Shown in pieces: positions 8,111 through 11,249 of a stretch of DNA of 11,249 nt. Below the pieces are notes generated by a model, which saw only the letters and a list, made by a program, of their open reading frames with translations, ran no database searches and was not told the DNA's origin. The position numbers and the translations under genes are program-made. Positions within the stretch are counted from its first letter, which is position 1, and every line of letters begins with the position of its first letter. Source of the DNA: a virus (lineage: Duplodnaviria; Heunggongvirae; Uroviricota; Caudoviricetes); the IMG/VR virus record IMGVR_UViG_2859793810_000003. One strand, written 5' to 3'.

Positions 8111-8314
8111 ATGTTGGAAAGAACCATGGCATTTAAACACTATGATGTTGTCAGGGCGGCGCCGCCGTCAGATCTTGCGGAAAAGCTGACACATAAACTG
8201 AAAGAGGGCTGGCAGCCGTTTGGTAGTCCGGTGGCCATAACCCCTTATACCCTGATGCAGGCGATTGCAGCAGAAGGTGATGTGGTGGTCAGTGGTGCAA
8301 CTGAGCCGGAGTGA
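8111..8314 (+). CDS. Small conserved lambdoid late-region protein (family uncertain); likely start at ATG 8126
   Basis: ORF MAFKHYDVVRAAPPSDLAEKLTHKLKEGWQPFGSPVAITPYTLMQAIAAEGDVVVSGATEPE with GGAAAG 4 nt before the 8126 ATG; sequence feels familiar from E. coli prophages but I cannot name the family reliably. Confidence 0.5.
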   Translation: MLERTMAFKHYDVVRAAPPSDLAEKLTHKLKEGWQPFGSPVAITPYTLMQAIAAEGDVVVSGATEPE

Positions 8315-8556
8315 TACTACGTCATCGTACTGGCCCGGCATTCCAGGCCATAAAAGACAGTCTGGCAGTGGGACTAAATGCACTGACGCTGACGGATATT
8401 ACCAAAAATGCAACGTATGGCGTTGAGATAGAAAGTCTGGTGCTGGAGATAAATGCACCGGCATCATCATAAAAAGTGAGCCAGTCAAATGGAAGGTATC
8501 GTTAAACTCACCGGTAGTGTCAGTGGGTCGTCTGAGACGCTTGCATGAGTTATCAG

Positions 8557-8588
8557 AGCCATCAGTAGTTAACTGGTGGCTTTTTTAT
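8557..8588 (+). terminator. Putative rho-independent terminator upstream of the holin gene
   Basis: agccatcag-tagttaa-ctggtggct (one mismatch) followed by TTTTTTATTG. Confidence 0.45.
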
Positions 8589-8621
8589 TGTTGTCAGCTT
8601 CCGGATAACGGGAGACGGGGT

Positions 8622-8782
8622 ATGGACCAGATGGAAAAAATCACAACAGGTGTGTCATACACCACGTCAGCGGTGGGAACGGGCTACTGGTTCCTGCAGT
8701 TGCTGGACAGGGTTTCCCCGTCTCAGTGGGCGGCAATAGGCGTGCTGGGGAGTCTGCTGTTTGGGCTGCTGACATATCTGAC
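8622..8782 (+). pseudogene. Phage-21-type pinholin (S21 family) gene, 3'-truncated by IS insertion; dual-start motif M-D-Q-M
   Basis: [54 protein letters not shown] resembles S21 pinholin ([45 protein letters not shown]... as recalled); Shine-Dalgarno GGAGA upstream; the reading frame runs into the IS600-like right end at 8783 and terminates after 6 IS-derived codons. Confidence 0.8.
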
Positions 8783-9731
8783 TGAGGTGTACTGGCAATA
8801 GCGGACACTACCATTTGTTCTTTTTTTAAGCAGCCATCTGATGATATTTTTCCCTGAAGGCTGCCGGGGAGATATTCCCCAGACGAGAGTGACGACGCTG
8901 ACGATTGTAGAAAATCTCAATGTATTCCCGTATTACTGAGATGGCTTCATCCCGGTTATTAAAACGATAGTGGCTCAGGCTCTCATTTTTCAGCGTTCCC
9001 CAGAAGCTTTCCATCGGAGCGTTGTCGTAACAGTTACCTTTACGCGACATTGATGTTTTCAGACCAGACTGCTCCTGTATGACCCGGTAATCGTATGCGC
9101 AGTACTGTGAACCTCGATCAGAGTGGTGGATTAGCCCGGCAGGTGGGCGCTGGCTCCTGAGCGCCATAAACAGGGCTTTACCTGTCAGCTCTTTTGTCAT
9201 GCGCTCTCCCATGGCGTAGCCGACAATTTCACACGTATAAACATCTTTGATGCCAGCGAGGTACAACCATCCCTCCTGTGTGGCAACATACGTCAGGTCC
9301 GCCACCCAGACCTGATTTGGTGCTGTAGGAGCGAACGTCTGGTTCAGCAGATTTGGCGCAACTGGCAGATTGTGGTTCGGGTTCGTAGTCGCTCTGAACT
9401 TGCGTTTCTGCTTACAGCGTAGCCTCAGCTCCTTACGAAGACGTGCCAGTCGGTCACGACCAACGATGATGCCATTCTCTGCCAGCTCCGTCTGGAGCCG
9501 CCGGGTTCCATATGTTTCGCGAGTGCGGATATGTGCCACCTTAATCTCCGGTTTTAGCCGCTCATCACTTTGTTTTCTGTCTGAGGGTTCATGCTGTACC
9601 CAGTTGTAATAACCGCTCCTGGATACACCAAATACCTGACACATCGCTTCAATGGGAAATTGTTGTCGCCATTGTTCGATTAACGCGTATTTTTCAGCGA
9701 CTCCTGTGCAAAATACGCTGTTGCTTTTTTT
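8783..9731 (-). mobile_element. IS3-family insertion sequence (IS600-like), second copy, inverted relative to the first; left portion (IRL and most of orfA) missing, truncated by IS1
   Basis: Right end identical to the copy at 1-862 up to the CA terminus (reverse complement at 8783); the OrfAB reading frame continues upstream of the orfB ATG (…KYALIEQWRQQFPIEAMCQVF) and is cut at 9731 directly at an A-rich slippery-like heptamer. Confidence 0.85.
8826..9644 (-). CDS. IS3-family transposase OrfB (IS600-like), copy 2
   Basis: 272-aa ORF, one amino-acid different from the ORF at 1-819. Confidence 0.85.
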   Translation of the reverse strand: MCQVFGVSRSGYYNWVQHEPSDRKQSDERLKPEIKVAHIRTRETYGTRRLQTELAENGIIVGRDRLARLRKELRLRCKQKRKFRATTNPNHNLPVAPNLLNQTFAPTAPNQVWVADLTYVATQEGWLYLAGIKDVYTCEIVGYAMGERMTKELTGKALFMALRSQRPPAGLIHHSDRGSQYCAYDYRVIQEQSGLKTSMSRKGNCYDNAPMESFWGTLKNESLSHYRFNNRDEAISVIREYIEIFYNRQRRHSRLGNISPAAFREKYHQMAA

Positions 9732-9746
9732 GGTAATGACTCCAAC

Positions 9747-10250
9747 TTACTGATAGTGTTTTATGTTCAGATAATGCCCGATGACCTTGTCATGCAGCTC
9801 CACCGATTTTGAGAACGACAGTGACTTCCGTACCAGCCTTGCCAGATGTTGTCTCAGATTCAGATTATGTCGCTCAATGCGCTGAGTGTAACGCTTGCTG
9901 ATAACGTGCAGCTTTCCCTTCAGGCGTGATTCATACAGCGGACAGCCATCCGTCATCCATACCACGACCTCAAAGGCCGACAGCAGGCTCAGAAGACGCT
10001 CCAGTGTGGCCAGAGTGCGTTCACCGAAGACGTGCGCCACAACCGTCCTCCGTATCCTGTCATACGCGTAAAACAGCCAGCGCTGACGTGATTTAGCACC
10101 GACGTAGCCCCAATGTTCGTCCATTTCAGCGCAGACAATCACATCACTGCCCGGTTGTATGCGCGAGGTTACCGACTGCGGCCTGAGTTTTTTAAGTGAC
10201 GTAAAACCGTGTTGAGGCCAACGCCCATAATGCGTGCACTGGCGCGACAT
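9747..10250 (-). CDS. insB: IS1 InsB (catalytic part of the InsAB' transposase, made by -1 frameshift)
   Basis: 167-aa protein ...[38 protein letters not shown]... recognised as IS1 InsB; overlaps insA in the -1 frame. Confidence 0.95.
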   Translation of the reverse strand: MSRQCTHYGRWPQHGFTSLKKLRPQSVTSRIQPGSDVIVCAEMDEHWGYVGAKSRQRWLFYAYDRIRRTVVAHVFGERTLATLERLLSLLSAFEVVVWMTDGCPLYESRLKGKLHVISKRYTQRIERHNLNLRQHLARLVRKSLSFSKSVELHDKVIGHYLNIKHYQ

Positions 10251-10444
10251 CCGACGCCATTCATGGCCATATCAATGATTTTCTGGTGCGTACCGGGCTG
10301 AGAGGCGGTGTAAGTGAACTGTAGTTGCCATGTTTTACGGCAATGAGAGCAGAGATAGCGCTGATGTCCGGCAGTGCTTTTGCCGTTACGCACCACGCCT
10401 TCAGTAGCGGAGCAGGAAGGACATCTGATGGAAATGGAAGCCAC
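10169..10444 (-). CDS. insA: IS1 InsA (transposition repressor, N-terminal part of InsAB')
   Basis: 91-aa protein [43 protein letters not shown]... recognised as IS1 InsA. Confidence 0.95.
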   Translation of the reverse strand: MASISIRCPSCSATEGVVRNGKSTAGHQRYLCSHCRKTWQLQFTYTASQPGTHQKIIDMAMNGVGCRASARIMGVGLNTVLRHLKNSGRSR

Positions 10445-10499
10445 GCAAGCACCTTAAAATCACCATCATACACTAAATCAGTAAGTTGGCAGCATTACC

Positions 10500-11249
10500 C
10501 TGGTTGTAGACTTGTCTCAGCATATAAGTTGCTGGAATGATTACGGCGGCTGGTACGACACTGATCATATAAACCTGGTACAAGGCTCAGCTTTCGCAGG
10601 CTCCCTACAGTCATATAAAGGATCGCTGTACTGGAATAATGTGACCTACCCCTTCCCGTTGACGACAAATACCAACGTATTGGATATTGGTGATAAGACA
10701 CCGATGCCATTACCGTTAAAACTCTATATTACCCCAGTTGGGGCGGCCGGTGGAGTTGTCATAAAAGCGGGGGAAGTCATTGCCCGTATTCATATGTATA
10801 AAATTGCAACATTAGGAAGCGGAAATCCGCGTAATTTTACGTGGAATATTATTTCAAATAACAGTGTTGTTATGCCAACAGGCGGCTGCACCGTTGATAG
10901 TCGTAATGTCACCGTGGATCTCCCGGACTTTCCTGGAAGCGCAGAAATACCCCTTGGCGTATATTGCTCAAGCGAACAAAAGCTCTCATTTTATCTTTCG
11001 GGTGCCACCACTGACAGTAGCCGACAAGTGTTTGCTAACACAGCACCTGATGCAACAAAAGCATCGGGAGTGGGTGTCACTCTAATGCGTAATGGAAAAA
11101 TACTGGCTACGGGAGAAAATGTCTCCCTGGGGACAGTAAATAAAAGCAAAGTACCTCTGGGTTTAAGCGCAACCTATGGACAAACAGGAAACAAGGTTTC
11201 AGCCGGAACCGTCCAGTCAGTCATTGGTGTCACTTTTATCTATGAATAA
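10500..11249 (+). pseudogene. FimH-like fimbrial tip adhesin gene (chaperone-usher family), 5'-truncated by IS1; 3' end and stop codon intact at window end
   Basis: The frame is open from the IS1 junction; [17 protein letters not shown]...[24 protein letters not shown]...[12 protein letters not shown] aligns by eye with E. coli FimH (LVVDLSTQIFCHNDYPE...VVPTGGCDVSARDVTVTLPDYPGS...VQSIIGVTFVYQ); the signal peptide and start of the lectin domain are missing. Confidence 0.8.

Larger units (their letters stand above)
9732..10499 (-). mobile_element. IS1, complete 768-bp copy
   Basis: Ends GGTAATGACTCCAACTTA (9732) and ...TAAGTTGGCAGCATTACC (10499) match IS1 terminal inverted repeats as recalled; insA and insB inside; length exactly 768 bp. 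Flanking 9 bp differ (gcttttttt vs ctggttgta), so no target-site duplication. Confidence 0.95.

Noticed and set aside
7986-8383. ORFs 7986-8189 (+) and 8168-8383 (-)
   Set aside because: The first is an AT-rich run with a low-complexity translation in a likely promoter region; the second is antisense to the small phage ORF.
8517-8801. 94-aa ORF as given in the ORF track
   Set aside because: The N-terminal 35 codons are upstream read-through across the terminator-like hairpin; the biologically sensible gene is the pinholin from ATG 8622 (or 8631), and its last 6 codons are IS-derived.
8723-8920. 65-aa minus-strand ORF spanning the holin/IS junction
   Set aside because: Crosses the IS boundary; spurious.
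10261-11085. ORFs 10261-10473 (-), 10325-10540 (+), 10495-10710 (-), 10864-11085 (+)
   Set aside because: Inside IS1 in non-coding frames or overlapping the fimH-like gene in alternative frames.

Overview
This window is a mosaic of insertion sequences and a defective lambdoid prophage fragment, with IS content (IS1, IS911, an IS600-like IS3-family element) typical of Shigella / E. coli. All family names below are recognised from memory of the translated proteins and sequence motifs; no database search was run. Layout: (1) 1-862, the right part of an IS600-like element (OrfB), cut by the window start. (2) 1098-2346, a complete IS911 flanked by a 3-bp GTT direct repeat, inserted 51 bp upstream of relB. 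(3) 2347-8782, a Qin-like prophage late-regulatory region: relB-relE-hokD, rem-like gene, a 66-aa ORF, ydfU-like DUF968 gene, rusA, a Q-type antiterminator, a PR'-like promoter and tR'-like terminator, tRNA-Ile2(CAU) and tRNA-Arg(UCU), then a visibly AT-rich cargo (moron) segment of about 1.5 kb with two unrecognised ORFs and an ORF-free structured stretch, then a small phage ORF and a phage-21-type pinholin gene. (4) The pinholin is cut at 8782/8783 by a second, inverted IS600-like copy (8783-9731). (5) That copy is itself cut by a complete IS1 (9732-10499) with no target duplication. (6) IS1 abuts a 5'-truncated fimH-like adhesin gene that runs to the window end. The most interesting unexplained sequence is the cargo segment (about 6620-8110) at the position where Stx phages carry stx. 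I could not assign a function to anything in it, so the novelty claim rests on position and lack of recognition, not on positive evidence.
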